Part shown: positions 1-10,400 of the stretch, piece by piece
Numbering within the stretch: position 1 is the first letter of the stretch
How the letters are laid out: each line of letters opens with the position of its first letter
Virus record (IMG/VR): IMGVR_UViG_3300026097_000009
Coordinates: 90,862 to 154,861 of that record
From: a virus
Direction: 5' to 3' (one strand)
DNA: 64,000 bases
Position numbers and translations under genes: made by a program
Notes under the pieces: generated by a model
What the model was told of the DNA's origin: nothing
Seen by the model: only the letters and a program-made list of their open reading frames with translations
Database searches by the model: none

Positions 1-519
1 AAAATGACTGGCCCTGAGATTACCGTGGTCTGGCATCTGTACCATTGCATTCATATAAAAACTAGGCAGTTCAAGATGTCCAAATATATATTTTGAAGTA
101 TCTTTTTCGATTTCTTTCCACTCGTCTCCTACAAGCCAAGGCAAAATAGTAACATTGCCTTCGCGTAACGGTTCTCTGATAGGAACAACATTAGGAAATA
201 ATCGCATAAACTCTACAGAGTTAATTTCTCGCTTGTCTTTGTAAAACAAATCGTGATTACCGAGGATAAAATATACTTTTTCAAAGTTCTGACTTAGCCT
301 TTCGAGATTACTAAGAGTATAATTCATAGTCGATACATCTGTCGAACTGCGATTGTGATGCCAGTCACCTAAAAAGATACAGGTTTCTGCACCTTTTTCT
401 CGTGCTCTTTTGCAAAACCATGCTACAAAATCTTCACAGTCTGTATTATGCACACGGCTTCCACTTTTCATACCGAAATGTATGTCAGTGAAACAGGCCG
501 CTTTTTTAAATAAGTTCAT
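1..519 (-). CDS. Recombination endonuclease subunit (T4 gp47 / SbcD-Mre11 metallophosphoesterase), runs off the left edge
   Basis: Not in the ORF track. Translated by hand from ATG at 519: MNLFKKAACFTDIHFG...FLGDWHHNR...ILGNHD...FGHLE, giving the DxH, GD, GNHD and GH motifs. Lies next to a gp55-like gene as in T4-like phages. Confidence 0.9.
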   Translation of the reverse strand, partial: MNLFKKAACFTDIHFGMKSGSRVHNTDCEDFVAWFCKRAREKGAETCIFLGDWHHNRSSTDVSTMNYTLSNLERLSQNFEKVYFILGNHDLFYKDKREINSVEFMRLFPNVVPIREPLREGNVTILPWLVGDEWKEIEKDTSKYIFGHLELPSFYMNAMVQMPDHGNLRASHF

Positions 520-525
520 AATTGT

Positions 526-554
526 ATAATACCTTATTTTGTTTTAAAAATCAA
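526..554 (-). promoter_or_regulatory. Sigma70-type promoter, probably giving a leaderless transcript
   Basis: Minus strand TTGATT-N17-TATTAT, then 6 nt, then the ATG at 519; no Shine-Dalgarno in between. Confidence 0.6.
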
Positions 555-1384
555 TCATTATCTTTGTCAGACGAACGATCGCCAAATGAATCTTGCCATT
601 GTCTTGTCCAACTTGGATTCATACCGTTTATTTCAAGGATATCGTCACGAATGTTTTGATTTCGTTTTTCGATATTAATGATCCTCACAAACGAATTTGT
701 AACAGCGGCCGTATAATATGCAAAAGGATTATCCGATTTTGACTCGTCGAACTGTAATCCAATCTGTGTTAGTTGAAGGATTGCTTGCCCACGCATTTCG
801 TCGTTGTATGTATACCCTCGAACATTGCTTCGTGTTGCATATCTTTCGCATAATTTCATCCACATTTTTGCAAGTTCGTTAGTAGCTTGTCCGTGTTCTT
901 TACAGAATTCGCCTTTTTCTAAATCTCCTTTCCAATGACTTTTACCTACACAGAATAAATTTCCTTCATCGTCGAATTTCCAGTGCTGGAACGGTGGAAA
1001 ATTTACTTTTTCGTGATGATCGGCTACTGATTTGGGGTTTTTCTTACGACCCGGCGCAAGCGGAATGTGTTCGAACGTCATAATACGAAATACAACATCT
1101 GTTTTTTGAATTTTTTTATAATCGATATCAAATTCTTTTGCAGGAATTTTTTTGTTTTGCTTCCTCATTTCAGCTTCGTGTGCTTGTTTAGCAAGTCTTG
1201 ATGCTTGATTGCGTTTTGCATCTGCAATTGTTCTTATATTAATTTTATCTAAACTCGGAAGAATAAGATCGTACTGATTATACTCTGGTTTTGTAAAACT
1301 ACAATATGTAGTTTTGCTTTTATGAATTTCTCTTAGTAAATCACGATTATTTAAATACTTTACACGTGGGAATGGACTAGACAC
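551..1384 (-). CDS. Late-transcription sigma factor (T4 gp55-like)
   Basis: N-terminal YLNNRDLL and C-terminal YTYNDEM...FDESKSDNPFAYYTAAVTNSFVRIINIEK match the gp55 pattern. Start reassigned to GTG at 1384, which has AAGGAG at 1395-1400; the ORF-track start at 1477 overlaps the divergent gene. Confidence 0.85.
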   Translation of the reverse strand: MSSPFPRVKYLNNRDLLREIHKSKTTYCSFTKPEYNQYDLILPSLDKINIRTIADAKRNQASRLAKQAHEAEMRKQNKKIPAKEFDIDYKKIQKTDVVFRIMTFEHIPLAPGRKKNPKSVADHHEKVNFPPFQHWKFDDEGNLFCVGKSHWKGDLEKGEFCKEHGQATNELAKMWMKLCERYATRSNVRGYTYNDEMRGQAILQLTQIGLQFDESKSDNPFAYYTAAVTNSFVRIINIEKRNQNIRDDILEINGMNPSWTRQWQDSFGDRSSDKDND

Positions 1385-1430
1385 AATAGATAATCTCCTT
1401 ATAAGATTATAGTAGCATATTTTATCTAAA

Positions 1431-1437
1431 ATAAATA
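1431..1437 (+). promoter_or_regulatory. Putative T4-type late promoter (ATAAATA) heading the structural operon
   Basis: ATAAATA followed by AAAGGAG and the ATG at 1462; resembles the T4 late promoter TATAAATA. Confidence 0.6.
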
Positions 1438-1461
1438 CCATAAAGGAGTAATTTTGGATCA

Positions 1462-2541
1462 ATGAGTAGACCAACAAATCCTCTTGCAGAACTTGTATCT
1501 AAAGTCGAAGAAGAAATAGGAGCCGCATCAAATGCCTTTAGCTCAGATTTACAAGCGGCAGGCGAACAATTTGCAAAAGACAAAGCAGAATTAAGTAAAA
1601 AAATTGCAGAATTATCTGACGCCGTAGGCATTCCGGACATAGGAGATAATCTTACATCTCTTGGTGAAGAGGTAGGCGGCTTCTTTGATGGTTCTGGAAG
1701 TTCTATCCAAAGCAGTATAACTGACGGTATTTCTACATTACAAGAAACAACAGGTGCGATTAGTCAATTTACCAGCGATATATCAGGTGCTTTAGACAAA
1801 GTAGGCTTAGGAGATATTGCTGGAGGATTGCAATCAGCGGCAGGAGCCGCATCGCAAGTTGCAGGAGTTATAGATGATGTTCTGAGTTTAAAAAGAGCTT
1901 CGTCAATACCTCCAGGTGCTGAAACATTTAAACAAAAATCTGACGCGATTGATGTAACAGTGAATTATGAAAATGATTGGCGTGTTAGGATTGATTGTGA
2001 AAGTTGGAATGCTTTTAACAGCCAACTATTTGATCAGATAAAAAATACAGGAGGAGTAGTATTTCCTTACCTTCCGGAGGTAAAAGTTGCGACTACAGCA
2101 GAGTATTCACAGATAGAACCGGTTCATAATAACTATCCGTTTCAGGCATACAAAAACAGTCGTGTAGATGACATTACAATAAGTGGAGAATTCTCTGCAG
2201 AAACCGCTAAAGACGCAGATTATTGGTTAGCATCTAATTTGTTTTTTAGAACAGCAACAAAAATGTTTTTCGGACAAGGCGAAAATGCAGGAAATCCTCC
2301 TATAATTTGCAGGTTGCACGGATACGGAACAGGTATTTTTAATAATGTTCCTGTGGTTATTAAAAACTACAATGTAGATTTAGGATCAAGCACACAATAC
2401 GTTAAAAGCGTAAATTATAACACATGGGTTCCTATTGTAAGCACTGTGAGTGTTACTGTTGCTCCGATATACAATAGAGAAAGATTAAGAAACTTCGATC
2501 TTGCAACGTTTGCAAAAGGCGGAATGGTAGGATACATATAA
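1462..2541 (+). CDS. Baseplate / tail-tube initiator-like protein (gp48/gp54-like)
   Basis: Ala/Gly/Ser-rich N-half and tube-like C-half (GGVVFPYLP...PPIICRLHGYG...VPVVIKNY); first gene of the baseplate cluster, directly before the LysM gene. Confidence 0.55.
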   Translation: MSRPTNPLAELVSKVEEEIGAASNAFSSDLQAAGEQFAKDKAELSKKIAELSDAVGIPDIGDNLTSLGEEVGGFFDGSGSSIQSSITDGISTLQETTGAISQFTSDISGALDKVGLGDIAGGLQSAAGAASQVAGVIDDVLSLKRASSIPPGAETFKQKSDAIDVTVNYENDWRVRIDCESWNAFNSQLFDQIKNTGGVVFPYLPEVKVATTAEYSQIEPVHNNYPFQAYKNSRVDDITISGEFSAETAKDADYWLASNLFFRTATKMFFGQGENAGNPPIICRLHGYGTGIFNNVPVVIKNYNVDLGSSTQYVKSVNYNTWVPIVSTVSVTVAPIYNRERLRNFDLATFAKGGMVGYI

Positions 2542-2841
2542 ATGGCAACATATTCTAAATTTAGTCCTTACAGAAACACACCATCTAATGATTTATATCT
2601 AGAATTATTAGAAATTGTTCCAGTGCCGGCCGAAGATGATGATTTCTTTTATCAAATTGAAACACAATATACGCATCGTCCTGATTTATTGTCATATGAT
2701 GTTTACGGAACTCCGAAGCTTTGGTGGGTGTTTATGCAAAGAAATATGGACGTTATTAAAGATCCTATATATGATTTTCAGCCAGGTACACAGATTTACC
2801 TACCTAAAAAACGAAACCTACAGAAATTTTTAGGAGTTTAG
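2542..2841 (+). CDS. LysM-like baseplate wedge protein (gp53-like)
   Basis: RPDLLSYDVYGTPKLWWVF...N...DP motif. Confidence 0.8.
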   Translation: MATYSKFSPYRNTPSNDLYLELLEIVPVPAEDDDFFYQIETQYTHRPDLLSYDVYGTPKLWWVFMQRNMDVIKDPIYDFQPGTQIYLPKKRNLQKFLGV

Positions 2842-5202
2842 ATGGCAGATATAATAGAAAGAAGAATACAATCTAGCGGAAGCACTACTAATTTTAATAT
2901 TGACAGGACTCAGCCTTCTCGTGTGATTACTGTTAACGGACAGAAAACCAAAGTCTATGGATCTAAGTCTCAACTAGATGCATACGAAGAGCAACAAAAC
3001 AACAAAGCGTCGTCCACTTCAAATGTACAACAATCTACAGCAAACAGAATAACAGATCAACAAGGAGCCTCGGCGGTTTTTAATTTGTTTAAAGACGGTA
3101 AAAAGGAAAAACCACCTACTGATCCGAATAAAACTTCATCTGTGCCCGGAATAAATGTAGAAGCCGCAGTAAATCCTCTAGAACAATTTGCTTCTTATAC
3201 AACTCTTTTTACTTTAGCGGCAATACCTCCAGAAATGTACAACGATCCAGAGACATATCGGAATGATCCTAGTGCTTTAACAAATGTAGTGGTTGCCAGC
3301 GCAGGGAGGTTCGGCGATGCAAGACCTCAAACAGTTAACGGAACTCCGGAATTCTATATAGACAATGTTGAAATCGACTCGTTTGTTACAGGTTCGAAAA
3401 AGACAGGTAACAGTAATGCAGTTGGATTCAGTTTTGATTTGTTTGAACCATACTCTGTTGGACTGTTTTTAGAAAGTTTGCAGATAGCCGCATTACAAAC
3501 TGGTGCGTATGCCAGCTATGGAGAAGCAGTATTTCTTTTGAAGATAGATTTTTTAGGGTATAAAGATACTGGGGAAACTTTTGAAGGTGTAAAATCAAAA
3601 TATTTTACGGTTAAGATTAGAGAAGTTAAATTTGAAGTAGACGAATCTGGTAGTCGATATACCGTTAAGGCAATCCCCTTTAATCATCAAGCATACAGTT
3701 CTGTGATCAATAAAGTTTATACTGATATCTCTATAGTAGGCGAAGGCGTAAAAGAAGCATTATGCATTGGAGAAAAATCTCTAGTGAGTGTCCTTAATAG
3801 AAGAGAGCAAGATGCCGTTAAAAAAGGAACACAAAGTGTTGCTGATCAATTTACCATAGAATTTCCAAAGACCTATTGCGAAAAAATCAGCCAAGGTTCG
3901 GTCTCTAAAGATAATAAAGCGGTTGTTCATCCATTGTATGGGTATCCAACTACTACTTCTGTTGGATCTAATTCTCAAACTGGTATATCGGAGTTTGGAG
4001 ATAACAATATAGGCTCTAGCTCGTTTGGGTTCAGCTCAGCAAACGGCGGAAATTTTGTAATGCCAAGAGAAGCAGATGTAATAGATTCTGAAACTGGCAA
4101 GGTTAACAGAAATTCTATGATTATTGATCCTAGTAGAAGACAATTCCAATTCCCCCAGGATACATCTATCACAAGAATCATTAATGATATTGTGTTAAGC
4201 TCTGAATATGCCGGAGACGCAATAACTAAACCTTATTCTCCGGAAGGGTTTGTGAAATGGTACAAAATAGATGCACAAATAGAACTTTTAGAATTTGACG
4301 ACAAACGAGGGCAGTATGCAAAGCGAATTATATATAGGGTATTGCCTTATGAAGTTCATATTAGTATTTTCTCTAACACTCAAGCAGTGCCTCCGGGATA
4401 TGAAGAACTAGAAAAACTAATAGCAAAACAGTATGATTATATGTACACAGGACAAAATAATTCTATATTAAAATTCGACATAAACATTAATAATTTATTT
4501 TTTACAGGATTTAATCCGCAAGCCCCGCAAGATACAGGAGATCAACAAAACCCTAATCTTAAAGGTGGACAAGAAGAAGGTCCTGATATTGTAGAAAAAG
4601 AAGAAGGTATTGAAACTAGAGCACGAGTATCAAATACAGGAACTGTGAGACAACAGCAAGATCCAGAATTAAACAATATCAATACTTCAACAGGATCAGA
4701 AACCAGCCCCAAAGAATTAGTTGCAAGAAACTTTCAACAGGCATTCCTTAATAACAGCGGAGATTTGATTGATATAGATTTAGAAATTTTAGGAGATCCG
4801 TATTGGATAGTCGATAATTCGATAGGAAATTATTTTACCTGTCCTTCGTCAAATAAGCTGGTAACACAAGACAACACAGCTAATTTCGAATCCGGCGATT
4901 CGTACATTTATATAAGATTAAGAACACCGAGCGATGTTGACCCTGATACTTCTCTCTACAAGTTTGCCAACGAAGGAAAAGACAGTCCATATTCGGGAAT
5001 TTACAAAGTTGTAAAATGTGTTAACAACTTTTCTAACGGAGTGTTCACACAAAAATTAAAGTGTCTAAGAATGAGAGGTCAAGCTATTGATTATGACGGT
5101 AGTTTAAATATTGATCCTTCGTCAACACCACTATATAACTACAACGGTAAAAAACCGCCATCAACATCGATTGTCGATGATGATTTAATAAGTCCATTTT
5201 AA
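2842..5202 (+). CDS. Baseplate hub protein (gp27-like)
   Basis: Sits between the LysM and spike genes; C-terminal LEILGDP...YSGIYKVVKCVNNFSNGVFTQKL is typical of hub proteins. Confidence 0.6.
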   Translation: MADIIERRIQSSGSTTNFNIDRTQPSRVITVNGQKTKVYGSKSQLDAYEEQQNNKASSTSNVQQSTANRITDQQGASAVFNLFKDGKKEKPPTDPNKTSSVPGINVEAAVNPLEQFASYTTLFTLAAIPPEMYNDPETYRNDPSALTNVVVASAGRFGDARPQTVNGTPEFYIDNVEIDSFVTGSKKTGNSNAVGFSFDLFEPYSVGLFLESLQIAALQTGAYASYGEAVFLLKIDFLGYKDTGETFEGVKSKYFTVKIREVKFEVDESGSRYTVKAIPFNHQAYSSVINKVYTDISIVGEGVKEALCIGEKSLVSVLNRREQDAVKKGTQSVADQFTIEFPKTYCEKISQGSVSKDNKAVVHPLYGYPTTTSVGSNSQTGISEFGDNNIGSSSFGFSSANGGNFVMPREADVIDSETGKVNRNSMIIDPSRRQFQFPQDTSITRIINDIVLSSEYAGDAITKPYSPEGFVKWYKIDAQIELLEFDDKRGQYAKRIIYRVLPYEVHISIFSNTQAVPPGYEELEKLIAKQYDYMYTGQNNSILKFDININNLFFTGFNPQAPQDTGDQQNPNLKGGQEEGPDIVEKEEGIETRARVSNTGTVRQQQDPELNNINTSTGSETSPKELVARNFQQAFLNNSGDLIDIDLEILGDPYWIVDNSIGNYFTCPSSNKLVTQDNTANFESGDSYIYIRLRTPSDVDPDTSLYKFANEGKDSPYSGIYKVVKCVNNFSNGVFTQKLKCLRMRGQAIDYDGSLNIDPSSTPLYNYNGKKPPSTSIVDDDLISPF

Positions 5203-5212
5203 GAGAGCATAG

Positions 5213-6952
5213 ATGTCAATAGAAACCAGACAGCCCGACGACAGTAATAATAAACTCAAAGAATCTCCTTACCTTGCTAAGGTAGTCGGGCATCTTGATC
5301 CTTCATTCGGCGGAGGGTTAAAAATACAACTATTAAGGACACAAGGCAATCCTGCTTCGGACGACACTACAACTTATACCGCAAAATATCTTTCTCCGTT
5401 TGCAGGAAATACCGCATTAGAATTTAATGGATTTAATAAAGATAGTTTTGACGATACTCAAAAATCTTACGGAATGACATTTATTCCCCCGGACGTTGGA
5501 AACACAGTTGTTGTGATCTTTATAGATGGCAACATAGGAAAATGTTACTATCTAGGATGTGTATCTGGAACATTTGTGAACAATATGATTCCAGGAATCG
5601 CCAGTAGCGACAAGTACGAAGCAACACCCGAACAAAAAGCCAAATACGGAAATGTTGATCGACTTCCTGTAGCAGAAATTAATAGAAAAATTTACAAAGA
5701 CGCTAATGGATTAGAAGTAGATCAAGTTAAACGTCCGGTTCATCCTATTGCAGATAGATTCTTAGAGCAAGGTACTCTAGAAGATGATGTTAGGGGCCCA
5801 ACAACCAGCAGTCAACGACGAGAAACTCCTAGTAATGTATACGGTATATCCACGCCAGGACCTCTCGACAAAAGACAAGGAAGCAATCGAAAAACAATAG
5901 GAACTAAACAAACCAAAACACTGTCGCCTGTTCCTGTTAGCCGATTAGGTGGAACCCAATTTGTAATGGACGACGGTGATGACCAATTTCAACGTGCAAC
6001 TCCTGCGAGCGAAGGACCGGTAGTTTATAAAGATATACTCGCCGGCGAAAAAGGTGATCCGACAATACCCTACAACGAACACGTAAGAATACGAACAAGA
6101 ACAGGTCATCAAATTTTATTGCACAACAGTGAAGATTTAATTTACATTGGCAATGCCCGCGGAACTACTTGGATAGAATTAACTTCAAATGGAAAAATAG
6201 ATATATTTGCAGAAGATTCGATATCTGTACATACAAAAACTGATATGAACTTTTATGCAGACCGTGATATTAACATGGAAGCTGGTAGAAACGTTAATAT
6301 TAAAGCCAGTGCCGAATACAGTAAATTAGCTCCTACAGATGAAAAAGGCCTCATCAAAGATGCAAAAGAATACGAAAGTGGTAGAATACAACTAGAAAGT
6401 GCTTTCAATACAAATATTCTTATAGGTGCAAACGGTAAAATTGAAACAAGAAAATACGTGAACGAAAATAGTGAAGAAGCGGATGGTAATTTAGATATTA
6501 ACATTAAAGGTAATACTAAATTAGCAACTGGTACTGGAGATGTCGAAGAGGCATACAGGTTAGATCTAAACACAGATGGAAATGTTTTTATTACTACAAC
6601 AGGAAGTTTAGATTTGTACTCAGAAGACAATAATAAGTTTACGGCGGCATTAGGAGCGACAGATATATTAAGCGGAAGTAACCATACAGAAACTGCCTCG
6701 GTTATTCACATGAACGGTCCGCAAGCCGCTGAAGCCGTCCAAGGAGAAGTGGCAAACATTGTTACAGATCTAATCACGCATGATAATTTAGTTACAAACA
6801 AAGATCTAACATGGTCTTCTAGTAAATTTATAGAATCGTATACACTAAAAAGTATTATGCGTCGAATACCACAACACGAACCTTGGTTGTTACATGAAAA
6901 TCAGGCACCGCAAAGTGTTGCGCCTGACTTTACAGATAGGGAGTTAGAATAA
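5213..6952 (+). CDS. Baseplate central spike (gp5/VgrG-like)
   Basis: N-terminal OB-fold-like segment (YGMTFIPPDVGNTVVVIFIDG), IRTRTGHQILL motif, beta-helix repeats and IHMNG near the end. Confidence 0.8.
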   Translation: MSIETRQPDDSNNKLKESPYLAKVVGHLDPSFGGGLKIQLLRTQGNPASDDTTTYTAKYLSPFAGNTALEFNGFNKDSFDDTQKSYGMTFIPPDVGNTVVVIFIDGNIGKCYYLGCVSGTFVNNMIPGIASSDKYEATPEQKAKYGNVDRLPVAEINRKIYKDANGLEVDQVKRPVHPIADRFLEQGTLEDDVRGPTTSSQRRETPSNVYGISTPGPLDKRQGSNRKTIGTKQTKTLSPVPVSRLGGTQFVMDDGDDQFQRATPASEGPVVYKDILAGEKGDPTIPYNEHVRIRTRTGHQILLHNSEDLIYIGNARGTTWIELTSNGKIDIFAEDSISVHTKTDMNFYADRDINMEAGRNVNIKASAEYSKLAPTDEKGLIKDAKEYESGRIQLESAFNTNILIGANGKIETRKYVNENSEEADGNLDINIKGNTKLATGTGDVEEAYRLDLNTDGNVFITTTGSLDLYSEDNNKFTAALGATDILSGSNHTETASVIHMNGPQAAEAVQGEVANIVTDLITHDNLVTNKDLTWSSSKFIESYTLKSIMRRIPQHEPWLLHENQAPQSVAPDFTDRELE

Positions 6953-7392
6953 TGGCAACACGATTATATAAAACAAAAACAGTAGCGGAAAACGCACAAA
7001 GTTTAGGAAATCAAAACGTTGAAACTTTCACTTATGTAGGATTTTCAAGTAACAGCGATAATACAAATTATAAGTTGTATGATGTAGAGTTAGTAAAGCA
7101 AGATTTAATAAATCATTTCTACATCAAAAAAGGAGAAAAACTAGAAAATCCTGCATTTGGAACAGTTATTTGGGATCTGTTGTTTGAGCCGTTTACAGAA
7201 GATGTAAAAAAATTAATTGCAAAAGATGTTCAAGAAATTGTTAACTATGACCCAAGAATCTCAGTTAATTCGGTTACTGTAGATTCTACGTCTCAGGGTA
7301 TACGTATTGAAGTATCTTTGGTTTATATACCATTTAACATTAATGAGCAAATGACTTTTAATTTTAACAAAGAAAATCGAATAATAAACTAA
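6952..7392 (+). CDS. Baseplate wedge subunit (gp25/GpW-like)
   Basis: KGEKLENPAFGTVIWDLLFEP...YDPRI motif. Confidence 0.9.
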   Translation: MATRLYKTKTVAENAQSLGNQNVETFTYVGFSSNSDNTNYKLYDVELVKQDLINHFYIKKGEKLENPAFGTVIWDLLFEPFTEDVKKLIAKDVQEIVNYDPRISVNSVTVDSTSQGIRIEVSLVYIPFNINEQMTFNFNKENRIIN

Positions 7393-7410
7393 GCACTTAA
7401 TTTTATCAGG

Positions 7411-7416
7411 TAAATA
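7411..7416 (+). promoter_or_regulatory. Putative late promoter TAAATA
   Basis: Intergenic TAAATA 5 nt before the ATG at 7422, preceded by AGCACTTAATTTTATC. Confidence 0.5.
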
Positions 7417-7421
7417 TTGAT

Positions 7422-10400
7422 ATGACAACTTCTGTAAGACAAAACAATTTATTGGTTAATCAAGATTGGACTAGAATCTACCAAACGTTTAAAAATGCGG
7501 ACTTTAAATCTTATGATTTTGAAAATCTCCGCAGGGTAATGATTAACTATCTGAGAGAAAATTATCCTGAAGATTTTAATGATTATATAGAATCTTCAGA
7601 ATATATGGCTCTCATCGATCTACTGGCATTTTTAGGACAGAGCCTTTCTTTCCGATTAGATTTAGCAAGCCGCGAAAACTTTATTGAGCTTGCAGAAAGA
7701 AAGGATAATGTTTTACGAATTGCAAGATCTCTTGCGTATAATGCTAAAAGAAATATACCAGCAACTGGGTTGCTAAAGTTCGATACTGTGTCCACAACAG
7801 AAAGCGTTTTAGACAGCAGTGGAAGAAATCTAGCAAATCAAACAATCGTTTGGAATGATCCAAGTAATTCCAATTGGGCAGAACAGTTTATTGCTGTTGT
7901 AAATTCAACGATGGTTGCAAATACTGAATACGGTCGCAGCCAAGGCAATGCAACAATTGAAGGTATTGAAACTGATCAATATCGATTTAACACGTTTTCT
8001 AACGATGTTCCTATCTATGCATTTAATAAGAGTGTAGCAGGAAGATCTATGGTATTTGAAGTTGTATCAACAGCATTTACTGGTGAAGAATTTATATATG
8101 AAGAAGATCCCGAACCAGGTAATCAACCGGGGTTTGTGTACAGAAATGACGGCAAAGGTCCAGGGAGTTCTAACACTGGATTTTATATGCTTTTCAAACA
8201 AGGAAGTTTAGAACTTGCAGATTTTACCATAGAAGAGCCTACTACAAATGAAGTTGTTGCTGTAGATTCTACAGGAATCAACGATGCTGATGTTTGGTTA
8301 TATTCGTTAAACGGTGCAGGGATTCAAACAAACCAATGGACCAAAGTTCCTAGTTTAAGCGGTAATAATATAGCCTATAATAGCATTGCAAATAACATAA
8401 GAAATATTTACAGTGTAATTACAAAAGATAAAGATCGTGTGGATCTTGTTTTTGCAGACGGTAATTACGGAAATTTGCCTCAAGGCCCTTTCAGATTATA
8501 CTATCGTGTATCAAATGGATTGAACTATGTTATACGTCCTACCGAAATGACAGGTATAAATCTTACTATCCCGTATGTTAATTCGTCAGGCGATGCACAT
8601 ACTTTAACTGTCGGGCTAAGTTTAAAATTCACAGTAGATAATGCTTCTGCTACTGAATCGATAGCCAGTATTCAGCAAAATGCACCTGCAACTTATTATA
8701 CCCAAAACAGGATGGTAACTGCTGAAGATTATAATTTAGCACCCTTAGCAACATCGCAAAATATTTTAAAAGTAAGAGCAGTTAACAGAATCAGTAGCGG
8801 CATATCGAGAAATTTTGATTTGATAGACAGCACTGGAAGATATAGTGGTGTAAATGTTTTTGCAGACGATGGATATATCTACAAAGAAGACACGGAAACA
8901 ATTTTAAATTTTAAGGCACAAAATAGATTTGATGCCATAAACTTTATCAGAGATTCGATTGAACCTATATTTTCTAGTAATTCGGTGTATAATTTCTATA
9001 TTACTAAATTTCCCAAAATTTTATTTACGGATTTAACCACTGAATGGGTAGAAATCACAAACGAGATAAATCAAAACACAGGTTATTTTATTAACAATGT
9101 CGATCAAACAGTTTTAAAAACTGGAGTATACACAACAAATACCCTGAAGTATCTTTCAGTCGGATCATTAATTAAGTTTGTAGCACCTTCTGGTTATTAT
9201 TTCGATAAAAATAACAATTTAGTACAAGGAACTGCATCGCTGTCCACTGATAAGACATATATATGGACTAAAGTTGCAAGCTTAGTTGGCGACGGAACCA
9301 ACGCAGGTCGAGGTGTGTTAAGCAATGGGCTAGGACCTGTAACTTTTACAGATCGGGTTCCTTCCGAAGCAATTGCCTCGAGGATTGTCGCAAGTTTTTC
9401 TAATAACATTCAAACAGGGTTAGAAAACGAAATGGTTAACCTTATATCAAACGGGGTTAATTTTGGAATTCGTTATGATTATGAATCAGGCGAATGGAAA
9501 ATTATCGATAAGGATAATTTGAATCTAAATGATAGATTTGCACTCGGTAAAGCAGGCGACACAACTAATAATAATTTAGATTCTTCGTGGTTAGTCTCAT
9601 TTGTAAAAGTTGCAGACACATATAAAGTAACTGTAAGACAAGTAGACTATCGATTTGGAAGTGTTAAACAAAATAGATTTGCAATCGAAGAAAATCGTAA
9701 AATATATGATCCTAATACAGGATTAACAGTTTTTGATCAAATTAAAGTTTTAGGAATAAACACAGATTTTGCTCAAATTGACCCATTGAAACAAGATAAA
9801 GTTTTCTTTGTAGATAGTGCTATACAAGAGCCGGACGGGTATAAAAAACCTGATGAAGTTAATGTTGCCTTTGCTGATTCCGACGACGATGGTGTAATCG
9901 ATAATCCGGATTCATTTGTTGAAATAGCCGGCGATGACAGCGAATTAAAATTTCTGTTTTTTATAAAAGACACAACTACTCAGTTCGATACATATAATTA
10001 TTTTGATAATTCAGACGAAACTATTATATTAGTTAATAGAGAAGTAGATGCTGATATCAATAATTATACAGACGGCCAGTTAATCTACTTTTATGACATT
10101 GATGAAGATGTTGTAAAACAGGTAAACAGAACCACAAATACATTTGATATTCAGCCTAATTACAAAGCAAATTACGGCAGAGACAATTTAAAATTTCAAT
10201 ATATTCATAACGCCGGAAACGACAGAAGAATTGACCCTAGTGCAAGTAATTTGATAGATGTATACCTTCTTCCAAAAAATTACGATACCGAATTTAGAAA
10301 TTTTCTAAAAGGAGCTGTATCTACAGTGCCGGTTGCACCTACGTCCGACGAGCTACGAATTGCTTACGGAAGCACTTTAAATCAAATAAAAACAGTAAGC

